From positions 161,634,001-161,698,000 of the forward strand of contig OZ024741.1 in the NCBI GenBank assembly GCA_964016885.1: a stretch of 64,000 nt of DNA. The letters run 5' to 3'. Each line of letters opens with the position of its first letter. Positions within the stretch are counted from its first letter, which is position 1. The stretch is from Eledone cirrhosa (lineage: Eukaryota). This document shows positions 11,112 through 34,611 of this stretch, piece after piece. Below the pieces are notes generated by a model. The model made no database searches. It was given only the letters and a program-made list of their open reading frames with translations, and was not told the origin of the DNA. A program made the position numbers and the translations under genes.

Positions 11112-11900
11112 ACTTTGATATGTTTCGGCCAGTATTGGCCCAGGCCATGTCTAACTTATTAGCACCACCTGACGAAGTCTTTCAAATCTTGATTTGGGCA
11201 CCATGGCCCACTCATGTAGAGAGTTATTGTTTACAGAGAGATATCTGGGTGTAGGGGATATATCCAGGATTTCTTGGAGAAATTTCTCCAAAGGCTTTTT
11301 GAATTTTGTGACATCTGTTTCTGTTTTAATGTGTTTTGGTGTAATATTAAAGAGAGCAGGACCAGTTGAAGTGAAATAATTATGCCATAATGTTGTTATG
11401 AAATAAGAGTTTGATTTTTGTTGTGGGCAGATAGCAAGGGGCACAGGCCTTAGGTGTATTTTAAAGACGATGCCAACATCATTTGGGCAATGCTGATGGA
11501 TGTAACGCTCATGGTGGCATTGGAGTGAGTAGAGTTTGAGCTATTCTAGTCAACCCCAATAGTCAAGGCCTATCATGCTATCTATCTTTTTTGTTATTGA
11601 ACTTTGAGTGCTTCAATTTTCATAATACTTTGTTTCATGTAGGGAGACCACAGTGGACAAATGTATTCAAGGTGGAGCCAGGCAAAAGTAGAAAAGAGAA
11701 GGATAATGGTGTGGATATCTCTCGACTGAGAATTCAGGAATACATCCTGCAGAACATGTCAACTTTGCTGTTTATATGAGTAGCCCAGCTTATGTTGTTA
11801 TCGGCAATTACTCCTAAGTCTCTGATGTTGTTGGACGCCCTGAGGTTTTCACCTAAAGAATAGAATATGATTGTTTCAGTGCATTCTCTCTTCCAAAGTG
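11112..11900 (-). mobile_element. CR1-group LINE 3' fragment, a different family from the 49-53 kb element
   Basis: FTSTGPALFNITPKHIK...FKKPLEKFL...NNNSL plus decayed RT-thumb motifs upstream (DLGV, LKLYSL..ERY). Confidence 0.7.
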
Positions 11901-11904
11901 GATT

Positions 11905-13037
11905 AGTTCAGTACCATATGAGTATATTGAGGGGAATTCAAGGATCAGATAGGAATGCATCAGGGTTCTATCCTCAGCTCAGTTCAGTTTATTATAGTTC
12001 TCCAGGCTGAACAGAGGAGTTTAAGACTGGCTTTCCATGGGAATTTCTATATGCTGAGATGATCTGGTTCTTATAGCTGAATCTATAGAACTAGAAAATA
12101 AATTCTGGTTGCGGAAACCAAACTTAGAATCAAAGGGGCTGAGATTAAATTTAGCAAAAACTAAAGTGTTAATAAATAGGAAAGAAGACAGGGCCCTGAT
12201 CCCACCAGGGAAGTGGCTTTGTTTGATATGTAGAAAAGGAGCAGGCAGAAACCCTATACAATATACACAATGCAAATCTTGGGTACACAAGAAGTGTAGT
12301 TGGATAACAGGCAAACTAACAGGAAAAGAAGTATGTGTAAGTAGTAGATGCTCAGGGATAATTGGTAATAATAGTATCAGTGATAATATAAACCTTTTCC
12401 CAATCCCATGAAAGATCCATGAAGTCGTTGATAGCTTCTGCTACCTAGGTGATATCATTAGCAGAAGTGGTGGGTATTCAGAGAGCATAGTAGCTATAAT
12501 AAGGACAGGATGGAAGAAATTTAAGGAACGCAACAAAATATTTCTCCCTATGAACAAAAGGTCGGTTGTATGACACCTATGTGTGATATCCAATGTTGCA
12601 TAGTAGTGAGACATGGGCAGTGAATGCAGAGGTTGTGCAAAGGCTAGAGAGAAATGAAGCACCCATGCTTTGATGCTTATGTAATGTTAGTGTGTGTGAA
12701 TGATTAATCTAAGTGAAAGAATAGATTAACTGAGAGAAAAAATGGGTATAAGAGAAATCAGATGTAGGCAAAATAGAAGACTGTGCTGTTATGGACATGT
12801 GATGCACATGGATAATGATTGCTTGGTGAAGAAGTACCATGAAATTTCAGTAGAAGGAAATGGCAATAAAAATCCAAGTAGTCCTGAACAGAGATGATGA
12901 AAGCTGATCTCAAGTCACTAAAGCTCACAGAGGAGATGATGAAAGAGTGTGAGAAGTGGGGGGATGCTGTGCTGGAAAATACCTGTCTAATCCATGCAAG
13001 CATAGAAAAGAGAATGTAAAATGATGATGATGATGAT
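11905..13037 (+). mobile_element. RTE-clade LINE RT fragment, decayed, (GAT)n tail
   Basis: HQGS.LS, GLRLNLAKTKV, C..CRKGAGRN, FCYLGD and YGHV motifs across frames. Confidence 0.85.
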
Positions 13038-14189
13038 ACTCCCCATCACTGTACCTGTGCCCATTTTATCCAGGATTATCCACACTCCACTTTCTTCCTC
13101 TTATCACACTATTAAATTCCCTTAATAGCTGTTTTCATCATCATTGTACCCACCCCTGATCTATTCAAGATCATTACTTCAAAGGATAGAGAGAGCTCTT
13201 CAGTTGAGTTAGTCACTAACATTAGTGCCACAGGAAATGCACCCAGTGCACCCTATTAGGAGCTGGCACAAGGAAGGGCATCTAACTGTAGAAAACATGC
13301 CAAACAAAGGGTTGTGAGGACTCTTCAGTTATATCATTTTCCCAACAATGAACCAGTGAAAAATGTCCCAGAAAATATTTGCAGCAGCTCTAATGAGTAT
13401 GAATCTGAATTCAAACAAAATATTTTCTTTGTTCCCATTGATTCGGTGATTCCTGAAGAATCAAAGCAGTTTGACACAGTAGACATAATTAATAGATTAT
13501 TCTATATTTTGTGGCAATACCAAAGCATATTGCAAGTCAATTGGCTAAATACCCAGACGATATCTAAGAACCCTTGCAAGAGGAAATGAAATACCTATTA
13601 GATCAACCCAATAATTTGATTGGTACTTATTTATATTATAGATCCATAAAGGTTAACAGGCAAATGATGGCATGACTTTTTAATCACGGGAGTTAAAGGG
13701 ACGTAACTCACGTCGTAGATAATTGTTTGTGTTTTTATGAGATTATTGCCCTTGGAATTATAATTTTTTTTCTCATATAGGCGTGCAACCAATATAGCCT
13801 TGAAATGATACTTAAACCAGGACCGAGGAATATTTTCAATCTGAAGAGCCATTTTCGCAAAATAAATAAATAAAACAGTAATAAGGGTTTCTTTATTGGC
13901 CGAAAACATTAATAACAAACAAATAAACAAGGACAATGGGTATTTACATAAAACAAGTATATAGAAAAAAAATAGGAAACAAAGTAACAATAAATTACAG
14001 CAAAATTTCCCAATAGGAGGAAGCACCACCAAGGGAACTCCAAATATCTGATATCATCATAGGCGAGTGCCTTTCTCTGTTGTATTCCTTCCAGCCTACA
14101 GTTGCATGCTTAGAGTAAGCTCATTTGCTTGTTCATCATCTACCTTTTAACAAATATACAGAGAGTGGGGCAGCAATTCTTTCTTCACC

Positions 14190-14690
14190 TTCACCTTAAT
14201 GAACAAGAAATAGTGCCATCAGGAAGCTCTCTCTTAGTTGGTAAGAATAGTGTTGGCGTAGTCATCACTTTTAAAATTCATAGCAAGACTACAAAAATGT
14301 TTATTTACTTGAACATTTCATATATGATTCAATATAAAACCAAGGTCATGTCTCAATCCGCTATGTCAGAGCATCACTAACACTCATTAAATGGCGCCTA
14401 TCAGCTCTTGCTCAGCAAATGAGCTTTGGCAGCCAATGTTCATAAGCACAAAAACAACAAGCTTTTAACTTATTTCGTATTAGCACCCAAGAGGAGTAAG
14501 TCCCTCTGACGACAGTTAATGAGCCAGAAATGCTGCTGTCAGGGTGCTCTCCCTTGCTTGCTAAGAAATCACTGCTTTTAAAATTCATAGAGGTTACAAA
14601 AATGTTTATTTTCATTGTTATTATTTATATGATTCAATATACAACCTTGGTCGCATTTCAATCATACTATGTCAGAACATTACCACTTCT
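14190..14690 (+). repeat. Diverged tandem repeat, period ~307-320 bp, each unit with a hammerhead remnant
   Basis: 14270-14378 resembles 14576-14684; TTAATGA.C.AGAAAT..TGC..TCAGG..GCTCTC occurs at 14196 and 14516. Confidence 0.65.
14502..14544 (+). ncRNA. Degenerate type-I hammerhead
   Basis: CCCT CTGACGA cagttaatgagcca GAAA tgctgctg TC AGGG: core and stem I intact, stems II and III weak. Confidence 0.6.
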
Positions 14691-14754
14691 CATATATGTG
14701 TGTGTATGTATATATATATACCGGGTTCAAGCAGGGGTAACCACAGTAAGTTAG

Positions 14755-14806
14755 GGCTTTCCTGATGATTTCCTTCGAATGAAACAGTTCCAGTCCTGTA
14801 GAAGCT
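14755..14806 (+). ncRNA. Type-I hammerhead in a ~95-nt island between TA runs
   Basis: ggctttc CTGATGA t-TTC-cttc-GAA-t GAAA CAG-ttccagtc-CTG TA gaagct; GUA site. Confidence 0.72.
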
Positions 14807-14809
14807 ATT

Positions 14810-14883
<74 letters not shown>

Positions 14884-14977
14884 GTAGAACACTGGAGGGT
14901 TATATCCGTAGAAGTAGAGCACTCAGTCCATGGGATGAGTTTGGTAGACGTAGTTCCACAACAGTTATTTCACCATA

Positions 14978-15018
14978 CCGAGAACAAATGTTTCAACTTA
15001 TGCGGATCTTCAGCTTGG
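14978..15018 (-). ncRNA. Type-I hammerhead, left arm of a fold-back pair
   Basis: ccaag CTGAAGA tccgcataagtt GAAA catttg TT ctcgg; one mismatch each in stems I and II. Confidence 0.65.
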
Positions 15019-15021
15019 TGA

Positions 15022-15062
15022 CTGAGCTGAAGATCCGCATAAGGTGAAACATTTGTTCTCGG
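15022..15062 (+). ncRNA. Type-I hammerhead, right arm of a fold-back pair
   Basis: CTGAG CTGAAGA t-CC-gcataa-GG-t GAAA CA-tt-TG TT CTCGG. Confidence 0.78.
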
Positions 15063-15284
15063 TATGGTGAACTAACTGTTGTGGAACTACTTCTATATAT
15101 ATATAAAGAAAGACGATGGCGTTAGGCCCGGTGTTTGCATAGCTACGGCTTCCTAAAACCGTGTTTCTTTAGAAATACGAAATTTCTATACACACACATA
15201 TATATATAAACACACACACACACGCACATATATATATATATATATATATATATAGGGGTAAAGGTGATAAAGCCCCCCCCCCCT

Positions 15285-15615
15285 CTTCAGTCATGGATGA
15301 CCATGGATTTGCACCTAGAAAGTTCCCCTTCGAGGCACAAGTCCAGATATAGTTGTTTGTGGAAGACTAGCAGTCGACCATGTATACCATTCTCCCCTCT
15401 CCATGCCACTGATGTTGTCTGAGGGAAAGGCAATGGTCGATACAGCTTGGCACATGTGACATCACAACTCATTTCTACAGCTGAGAATACTGGAGCAATG
15501 TGAAAATAAAGTGTCTTGCTCAAGAACACGAAGCATCAGCCAGTTCAAGAATTGAACTCACAACCTCTCGATAGTAAGCCTAATACCCTTAACACTAAGT
15601 CATGTGCCTTCACTT
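15285..15615 (-). mobile_element. tRNA-derived CORE-type SINE
   Basis: Reverse complement of GTGTTCTTGAGCAAGACACTTTATTTTCACATTGCTCCAG plus a B-box-like GAGTTCAATTC. Confidence 0.75.
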
Positions 15616-15654
15616 CACACATATATGTATTAGTGTATATATATATATATATAT

Positions 15655-16460
15655 ATACAAATATAAATTCAGCGAGAATCGTATTTCGGCGGGTAGAAAT
15701 AAGCGAAACGCAACGCAATATCCGAGTTATGCTGGCAAGCGCTCCATGGACCAAATAAAGACTAGAGCAATAAAGATAGGTTATAAAGGCCATACAAACT
15801 GAGAAGACAGTTAAGAAGCTATCAACCACCTAAGCCCCCCCCCCCCCCATAAAAAACTAGTCAAGCTAAACGGGTCAAACAAAATAAATGAAATATTCAC
15901 CCGGACCCCTGGAAATGATGGTATAATCCAGTACAGGGTTTCTGCGACACCTAAATCAATAATACTGTCTGCTTAAAAAAATAAGCTTTTAGTATAGTGA
16001 TCGAACAAGGCTATCACGTTATCAACAGGCATTTTGTTCTGCGCCAGCGTTGTGGATCACATAGTGTTTTGTAGCAGTGAAAGCACATGTGTAACTCACA
16101 GGGAAGAAAACCCCAGATTTTGGCAAATGAATTCAGTATGTGTAAATCAATGAAAAAATTGCAAAATCAGCACAAATCGAATTAAGCTCTCGACCGGATA
16201 GTTTTTAAAATAAACTTATGCAATTAATCAGTCAATAGAATTATCTAAAAAAATTAAAGAGCTTAATTCGATTTGTGCTGTTTTTGCAATTTTTCCATTG
16301 ATTTACACATACTGAATTCATTTGCCAAAATCTGGGGTTTTCTTCCCTGTGAGTTACACATGTGCTTTCACTGCTACAAAACACTATGACTCGGGAGATT
16401 AATACAAATATAAATTCAGCGAGAATCGTATTTCGGCGGGTAGAAATAAGCGAAACGCTT
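15655..16460. repeat. Unclassified composite repeat: 55-bp terminal direct repeats plus a 130-bp internal inverted repeat
   Basis: TACAAATATAAATTCAGCGAGAATCGTATTTCGGCGGGTAGAAATAAGCGAAACGC occurs at ~15655 and ~16403; arms 16060-16189 / 16258-16388; the terminal motif recurs inverted at 20697-20755. Confidence 0.65.
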
Positions 16461-16649
16461 ATATATATATGATGATGACATACACACATATATATTATAG
16501 AGAGAGTCTGCAGTGCTAAGACCAGGGAGACCACAAACCATGGGAGTACTCAATACATGGAGAGATTCAGAATAGGTATAGAGATAGGTAAAATCTTGAC
16601 TACTTGGTGCCACGGTCAATATTTTACGTATCTCTCTATAATATACAAT

Positions 16650-17065
16650 AAAGCTCCGACGTCTGGCAACTGACTTGGTCGACACCAATAAAATTATTAA
16701 CCATCTTTCCAACAACAATCCTGAGCACCTTTTTGAATTCCATGTGTCTAACAACTATGGACATGTTTACAAAATCAGAAAAGAGTACAACTCCCATGAC
16801 TTTCAGAAACATTTTTTCACACTCAGAGTTGCTGAAGCATGGAACAAACTATTTGCTTTAGTTGTTAGTTGTTGGGACACTGCATCCTTCAAAACTTTCA
16901 TGCTTCCCAAAATTCGCCAACACTACACTTGATATTCTTCCTCTATATACATGTACGTATGTGTCTGTATGTATATCATGACTTATACAGTTTACATTAT
17001 TCTATGTACTATACATGCACCTTTGATGAGTTGTAGTGCACCTGAGCACTATACACAATAATTTT
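16650..17065 (+). mobile_element. CR1-group LINE 3' fragment (family of 49175-53549)
   Basis: FQKHFFTLRVAEAWNKL and a 3' UTR ending GTGCACCTGAGCACT.TACACAATAATTT. Confidence 0.9.
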
Positions 17066-17424
17066 TGCATCGTACAAAACAATATTGCTGGTTTGAGAGC
17101 TGATGAGGGTGAAGATGTGGGTGTGTGTGTAAACTTGTCTTGTACATTGCCTTTCTTTATTTCCTTCTTCCAGTTACTTCTGTGTGCCAGTGCACTTCTC
17201 CTTGACCTCCCCCTCTTTCAATCTTTTCTATATTTCATCTGCCTGTCAGTCACCTTGTCGATTGTCTCTCTATTGACCACTGGTCGCTGGTCTGTTTCTG
17301 ACGCTTTTTTGCCCATCACTGTCTTTGACAGTATTTAGCTGTTTTAATGGCTGTTCTAGCGATGAGTTTTCTCATTTTTATTAAGTATTCAATAAATATT
17401 GTCTTGCTTCGTCTTGATCAGAGA

Positions 17425-17504
17425 TACATATATATATATAAAATATGTATGTATATATATATACACTACACACACACATATATATATATACACATACATA
17501 TGTG

Positions 17505-17549
<45 letters not shown>

Positions 17550-17580
17550 ACATATGTGTATGTATGTGTGTGTGTATATA

Positions 17581-17621
<41 letters not shown>

Positions 17622-17695
17622 ATATGTGTGTGTGTGTGTATATATATATATGTGTGTATATATTAATATATATATACATACATGTATTTCATATA
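17425..17695. repeat. Compound (TA)n/(TG)n microsatellite
   Basis: Direct inspection. Confidence 0.9.
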
Positions 17696-17902
17696 TCATC
17701 ATCATCACCGTTTAACTCCATTCTTCCACGCTAGCATGGGTTAGACGAGTTGTCCTGTTGTGGGCAATGCTAAGTTAGGTGATGATGCCTTGCTTATACA
17801 GAACTGATTTTGGCTTGATTTCTACAGCTGGATGCCCTTCTTAACACCAAATATATATGTACAGATATATAAATATATATATACATACATACACACACAA
17901 AC

Positions 17903-17937
<35 letters not shown>

Positions 17938-18143
17938 TATCTTCTTCCTTACTTTTCGTTGCTTCACCATTTTTGTTTGTTTACACTCGTGTCTCCTTTA
18001 TTTACGTGTCCCAACGACTTTTTTTAGCCGTTGCTCGCACCAACCGGAGGTATATGGTCTTTAAAGCGATGAAATACCAATGATGGTTGGAAGATCACTG
18101 ATGAAGGACTAACTTTATTCATATATATATATATATATATACA

Positions 18144-18185
<42 letters not shown>

Positions 18186-18207
18186 ATGTAATAAACAACA
18201 TAAGATA

Positions 18208-18278
18208 ATTATTTCATTTACCAATGGTTTCTTGAAGACAGATATTTATGTCTGTCTTCATTCATCAGAAAGAATAAT
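18208..18278 (-). ncRNA. Type-I hammerhead with 10-bp stem II, left arm of a fold-back pair
   Basis: attattcttt CTGATGA a-TGAAGACAGA-cataaata-TCTGTCTTCA-a GAAA CCA-t-TGG TA aatgaaataat; the inverted copy at 18283-18364 lacks the first two core bases. Confidence 0.78.
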
Positions 18279-18424
18279 ATAGGATGAATGAAGACAGACA
18301 TAAATATCTGTCTTCAAGAAACCATTGGTAAATGAAATAATTATCTTATGTTGTTTATTACATAACTGAAAAGCTCTGTAGCCTACATAGAGCACTCTCT
18401 TTTCCTTTACCACGGAAATACTTC

Positions 18425-18464
<40 letters not shown>

Positions 18465-20788
18465 ATACATATATATATATACATATACATTTATTCCAAA
18501 TATAAATATATATATATATATACATATATTTCTAATATATATATATATATATATAAATATATTTCATATATATATACACATATATATTTCATATATATAT
18601 ATATATTTACAAACACATATATTTCATATATATATATATATTTACAAACACATATATTTCATATATAGATACATAGGCCTCGTTACGCCACGGCTTCGTT
18701 ATAATCTTAGTGTTAGTAGCAGCAGCAATATTAGTAGTAGTAATAGTAGTCATCACTAGAACGTCCTCGACCTTGCCAACATCCGGGCACTCAATCCTAC
18801 GCGCGAAATGTCCGTCTTGCCGAAGTAAACACACGGAGTTGTCGGTGAGTTGTCATTTCTATTGCCTAAATTTCGCTTCTTCATGTCATGTTTTATGTTT
18901 ATTCCTTCTCTTTATTGTTAGCCCTAATGTTATTACTAATATTTATCCCTTTTAATGATCCCTTTCTTATACGAGTCTTGTGTATTTTGTTTAGTCTCAG
19001 TATTTGTAGCTCCGTTATGGAACATAAAAAGTGTTCTAAATACAGGTAGGCGCGTATGATAAAACAATAACAATTATTTTAAAATACCTATAATAAAACG
19101 AAAAAATATCTAGAAACTATCGGTACGCTGAAACAATTTTCTCTGTGGGTCGCGCTATATGGCAAGGCTAGCATTTCTAAAGTTATTGCTTCCACTGTTT
19201 AATGTGTGATCTTTCAGAAATTGCGGGAGTGGGAGGGGGGGGGGGTCTGACTTATTTTTACCAACAGTTATTACATTACTATGTTATCCGAACATATAGA
19301 TTACTGTAATTATATGGGAAAAACGGTATTCTATATGTTCTCTTCTTCCTTTTTTACTTTTATACGTCGATTATTTACAACTGGTTTCTTGACTTATCTC
19401 CCGATTTAATTTTTTTTAAATAAATTTTGTTGGTGCCCCTTTCACATTTGTACGTTATTTGGACTGGTGTCTATATAGGCTGCATCGAGACTGATTTAAT
19501 ACTCTATGAGTATTTTATAGATTTGAAATTCTTTTGGGGCCTAGTTAGCCTTTTATATCCCCGCATTTTGAGCTTCGATAATATAAATATCAATGCACTC
19601 TGATAGTCGTGTTCGATTTTCTTGGATTTTAACAGTCGGCTTTATGTCTTAGATAAGAAGAAAAGTAATCGTTTTGATCGTATTGGATGTGGCACAGATA
19701 CAGTTAGATAAATTGACAGACAACGATAACCTAGAGCGGATAAATGTCTCACAGGTATCACAAGCACACTGTTTCTCATAATTCTGAGTTCAATTCCCGC
19801 CGCAATCGACTTTGTCCTCCATGAAAACAATTGCCTGTAATATGTTGGGTGACTGTTTATAATGATAAAGCTCAACTTGTTTCTTATATAGAAGATAAAT
19901 AAAATTTAATGAGAAAACATTTAAAAACGTCACTGTTAGTGGGTGGTTAGAGTGACATTTGGAGAATTTAATGTTGTTGGCACTATCGTCATAAATTATT
20001 CTACTTTAAAAGAAAAGACCACTCTATAAATATTCGATTTTCTCTATCTCTTGCTCTGGTATGAAGCTGATGAAGAGTTAAAAAAAATACAATTCTATGA
20101 TTAGTTTAATACAATCTGAACTCTTACCAGAAAATATCAATGCACTGTATATATATATATATATAATAGTGTATATAAACTAACACCACCTTTACACCCG
20201 CCCCTCATATATATATATATATAAACTGATCTTTAACCATCGTTGTGTGAGTGTCTATTAAATAAGGTAGGTTGTGGGTACATGGTGTATTGACTGACTT
20301 CCACCAGTGTTGTTAGTTAACGCTTGCCTCTCAGTCGGAACAGCCCTCCGTTCCCTCTCTATCATATACTCTGCCCTCCACTCCCTCTCTCACACATCCC
20401 TCCACTCCTCCCACACTATCTCACAGACACACACACTGTTCTATATGCAGATTGATAGTAGTGGTGGGGGAAATACAGATAAATAGATATTCATTCTCAT
20501 ACACTTTGTACATTGAAACTTACACTATCTTCTCTGAACACAACTGTGTATACAGGCTCGCACCAGCCATACATTCACACACAAATTATATATGAATATG
20601 ATGAAAGAATAAAAATCTTAAGTGTGTGATGATATATATATATATATGATGAAAATAAAAATCCTAACATACACACAGACACACACACACATATATGCGA
20701 TTCTCGCTGAATTTATATTTATATATATATATATGCGATTCTCGCTGAATTTATATATATATGTGTGTACGTTGGGATTTTTATTTTC

Positions 20789-20830
<42 letters not shown>

Positions 20831-21459
20831 ATAAGGGAACAGAAAAATACATAAAACAAATAAATAGAGATAGAGAACATTCGCTAAGAAAATACATTCT
20901 CACATAGGCTTTTCTCTCTTTCACAAACTTGCGCATTCGTCAACAGTTAAATAACATCGTTATACCGCCATCTCATCTATTTCACTCTCTCTTAATATAT
21001 ACTCTCGCACAGTAACACCTACGCTCCACTGTTTTTACTCCGTCTTTCTGTCGAGAGTGATGACGTAACCCTTTCTCGTTCAGGGAAATTCAAAATATAT
21101 GACTTCAGAACACGCACATACCTTGTATTCGGGCACTAATTTTCACACTCTCTTCACGGGCATTAATTTTCGCACACACATACCTTCTGCTGAGGGTATT
21201 AATTCTCTCTCACACATTTATGAGGATTGGTGCCCGAGAAGTCCTTTTCGGGTTTTAATTCTTCTCTCTCTCTCATACACACACACTATTGCTGGAATTT
21301 ATAAGGATAAGATGTTTCTAATTGCGACTTGTAAGACATTCAACTAAGAACTCGATACGGAAAATAAGGTGTAAATATATGACGTATAGACAGTATACAT
21401 GCATTCATACATACACACACATAAAATGTATATATACGCAAAAGATAAATCGATATGCC

Positions 21460-32203
<10,744 letters not shown>

Positions 32204-32403
32204 NNNNNNNNNNNNNNNNNNNNNNNNNNNNNNNNNNNNNNNNNNNNNNNNNNNNNNNNNNNNNNNNNNNNNNNNNNNNNNNNNNNNNNNNNNNNNNNNN
32301 NNNNNNNNNNNNNNNNNNNNNNNNNNNNNNNNNNNNNNNNNNNNNNNNNNNNNNNNNNNNNNNNNNNNNNNNNNNNNNNNNNNNNNNNNNNNNNNNNNNN
32401 NNN
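32204..32403. other. Assembly gap (200 N)
   Basis: N run. Confidence 1.
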
Positions 32404-33487
32404 TGTGTATATATATATATTTTTATATACATATATACATATGCGCGCACACACACACACACATATACATATATATATATATATCACAATAACATTAAGG
32501 CCGTGGGGGGTAGATGTGTGAAGTTTGAGTGGGGATGAAAGAAAGAAACAGGAGAAACTAAGACAAAAAAGAAGAATAACAGCAACCTAATTCTTTCACA
32601 TCACAACCAACTGTCCTCTGAGTAGGGCCAATGTTAATTGTTATAATTAATAATCAGTAATTAATAATCAAGTTTCAAAATTATTGTAAAAAATTCAAGA
32701 TTTTATAAGATAACAAATCATTGGATTTAAAAAAAAAAAAAATTCAGATCTTATAATACCTGAGGAAATGAGAAAGTGTGAAGATAATGATGAAGATGAT
32801 GGTAATGGGTATAATGGCAATGATGATGATGATGACGTTTTTAGCTTGATATGGACTCTTATCATTTAGGAGCTTAAGAAAATTATGAATGATATTGATT
32901 TCTTTTAATTAGACACAAAACCTCGCCCATCTTATTTTTACACTACAGTAACACAAGAAGTGTTTTAAAGCAGGGGTTAACCATGCATAGTCTCATGTTA
33001 AACTTCATACTCATCATGGGCTCCTTTTTTAGGCAGTGTTTTACAACCAGATGTCCTTCCTTGTGCCAACCTTTTTAGTAACCTCTAAAGTAGGGCTTAG
33101 CCTCGCAGATCCCATGACAGGATTCAAACTCATCATGGGCTCTTTTTTAAGCAATGTATTACAACAATACGTCCTTCCTCATGTGAACTCTTTTAATCAC
33201 TCTTTATAATATGCAGGGATAGTCTTTCTGAACCGAATCATTCATGGTGTGATTCCAAAACATTCTAACATAACCAGAACTCATAAAACATCCAATTCAG
33301 TACTATGTATATCTTATTTATGCTTTCCTTTACCTACTAATTCCATTGGTGATATCTGTTTTTTGAATATCTCTACCTCTTTCATTGCCATATTTCTAAT
33401 GAAAGACAATGTCTATGATTTTCAAATTATTTGGAAAAATAATCAAGAATTTGGAAGGATTTACTAATATATTGACTTCTCTCATTA

Positions 33488-33937
33488 TTAACCCTTCATG
33501 GCCATATTTCTCATGAAATGCAGTGGATCTGTTTCAATTAATTTTGAAAATAATAATTTGGAGAGTTTTAATAAAATAGCCTTTTCATTAATTTAGTGTT
33601 AAAAACATAATGAAAAAGTTCTTATATAAGATAATTGTTTCTACTATTGGAACAAGGCCAGCAATTACTCAGTACATTACTGGTACTTTATTTTATCAAC
33701 CCCGTAAGGATGAAAGGCAAAGTTAACCTTGGCGGGATTTAAACTCAGAATGGCAAGGGCCGTAACTCTATGCGTCAAAGCATGGCGTCCGATCCTCTAC
33801 CGATACTGCCAATCCACCGCCATCTTATATAAGATAATGATGGAAAAGTTTTAATGTAGATATGAACACTTTAAAAATGGACTGTTTTATTATAGAAGCA
33901 AAGGCAGTTTCAGGTCGGTTGATATTGAAAGTGTTAA
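33488..33937. mobile_element. TTAA-flanked MITE (piggyBac-like ends) interrupted by a SINE
   Basis: TTAACCCTT...GAAAGTGTTAA; body resembles 38752-39013. Confidence 0.6.
33636..33822 (-). mobile_element. ~190-bp tRNA-derived SINE with a 16-bp TSD
   Basis: TSD TCTTATATAAGATAAT at 33620-33635 and 33823-33838; near-identical to 35356-35543. Confidence 0.9.
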
Positions 33938-34611
33938 ATCAATATCTGGGATATAACTTCCATAAAATTATGATGGAAGGTTTTTAGATTACTGTAAACT
34001 CTTTAAAATCAAAAGGTTAAAAAATACACATATTTGACTGTTTAAGTACATCTCATTTAAAATAAATAAATAAATATATGTATGTATGTATGTATGTATA
34101 TATATGTATAATAATGATAATATTTATAAGAGTAAGAAATAGGTTTTACTTATTTACCAGATGTATTTTAGCTCAATCCTATGATAATCGAATCAAGCAG
34201 AGCCAAAATTTCGAATCTTTTGAGTTATTTGTCAAGATATATTTTATTGATTGTTTATGATTTTAATAAACTCTGATTATTCCTGTGGTTTGTACTGACT
34301 AACAGCAGATTGTTAAATAAAATAATTTGCTGTTAAATATGCGTTCTTAGAGGAAGAAGCAATTGTCAGTAATTGAATATCTTAAAACTTTAAAATTGGT
34401 TAGTCACTTCATTACAATTATTTATATATATATAATATATATATATGTGTGTGTGTGTGTGTGTATATAAATGTTCTTTTTATCATGTTTTTTTCCATTC
34501 GTCATAGTACTTTCATCTATTTTCATCTATTCTTGTTTAATATTTTTTACTGTTGTTGTGGTGGTTGCTATTATTAACATCACTCAATTTATTTTGTATT
34601 CTATCTATAAG

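Noticed and set aside
13314-13589. Possible hAT transposase fragment (EFKQNIFFVPIDSV)
   Set aside because: Too short and decayed; no TIRs found.
18090-18120. CACTGATGAAGGAC at the end of a TA-bounded island
   Set aside because: It is cut off by TA before any GAAA; possibly a truncated hammerhead but not supportable.
20055-20150. CTGATGA agagtt...aactct...GAAA
   Set aside because: Extra bases before GAAA and no stem III, UH site or stem I.
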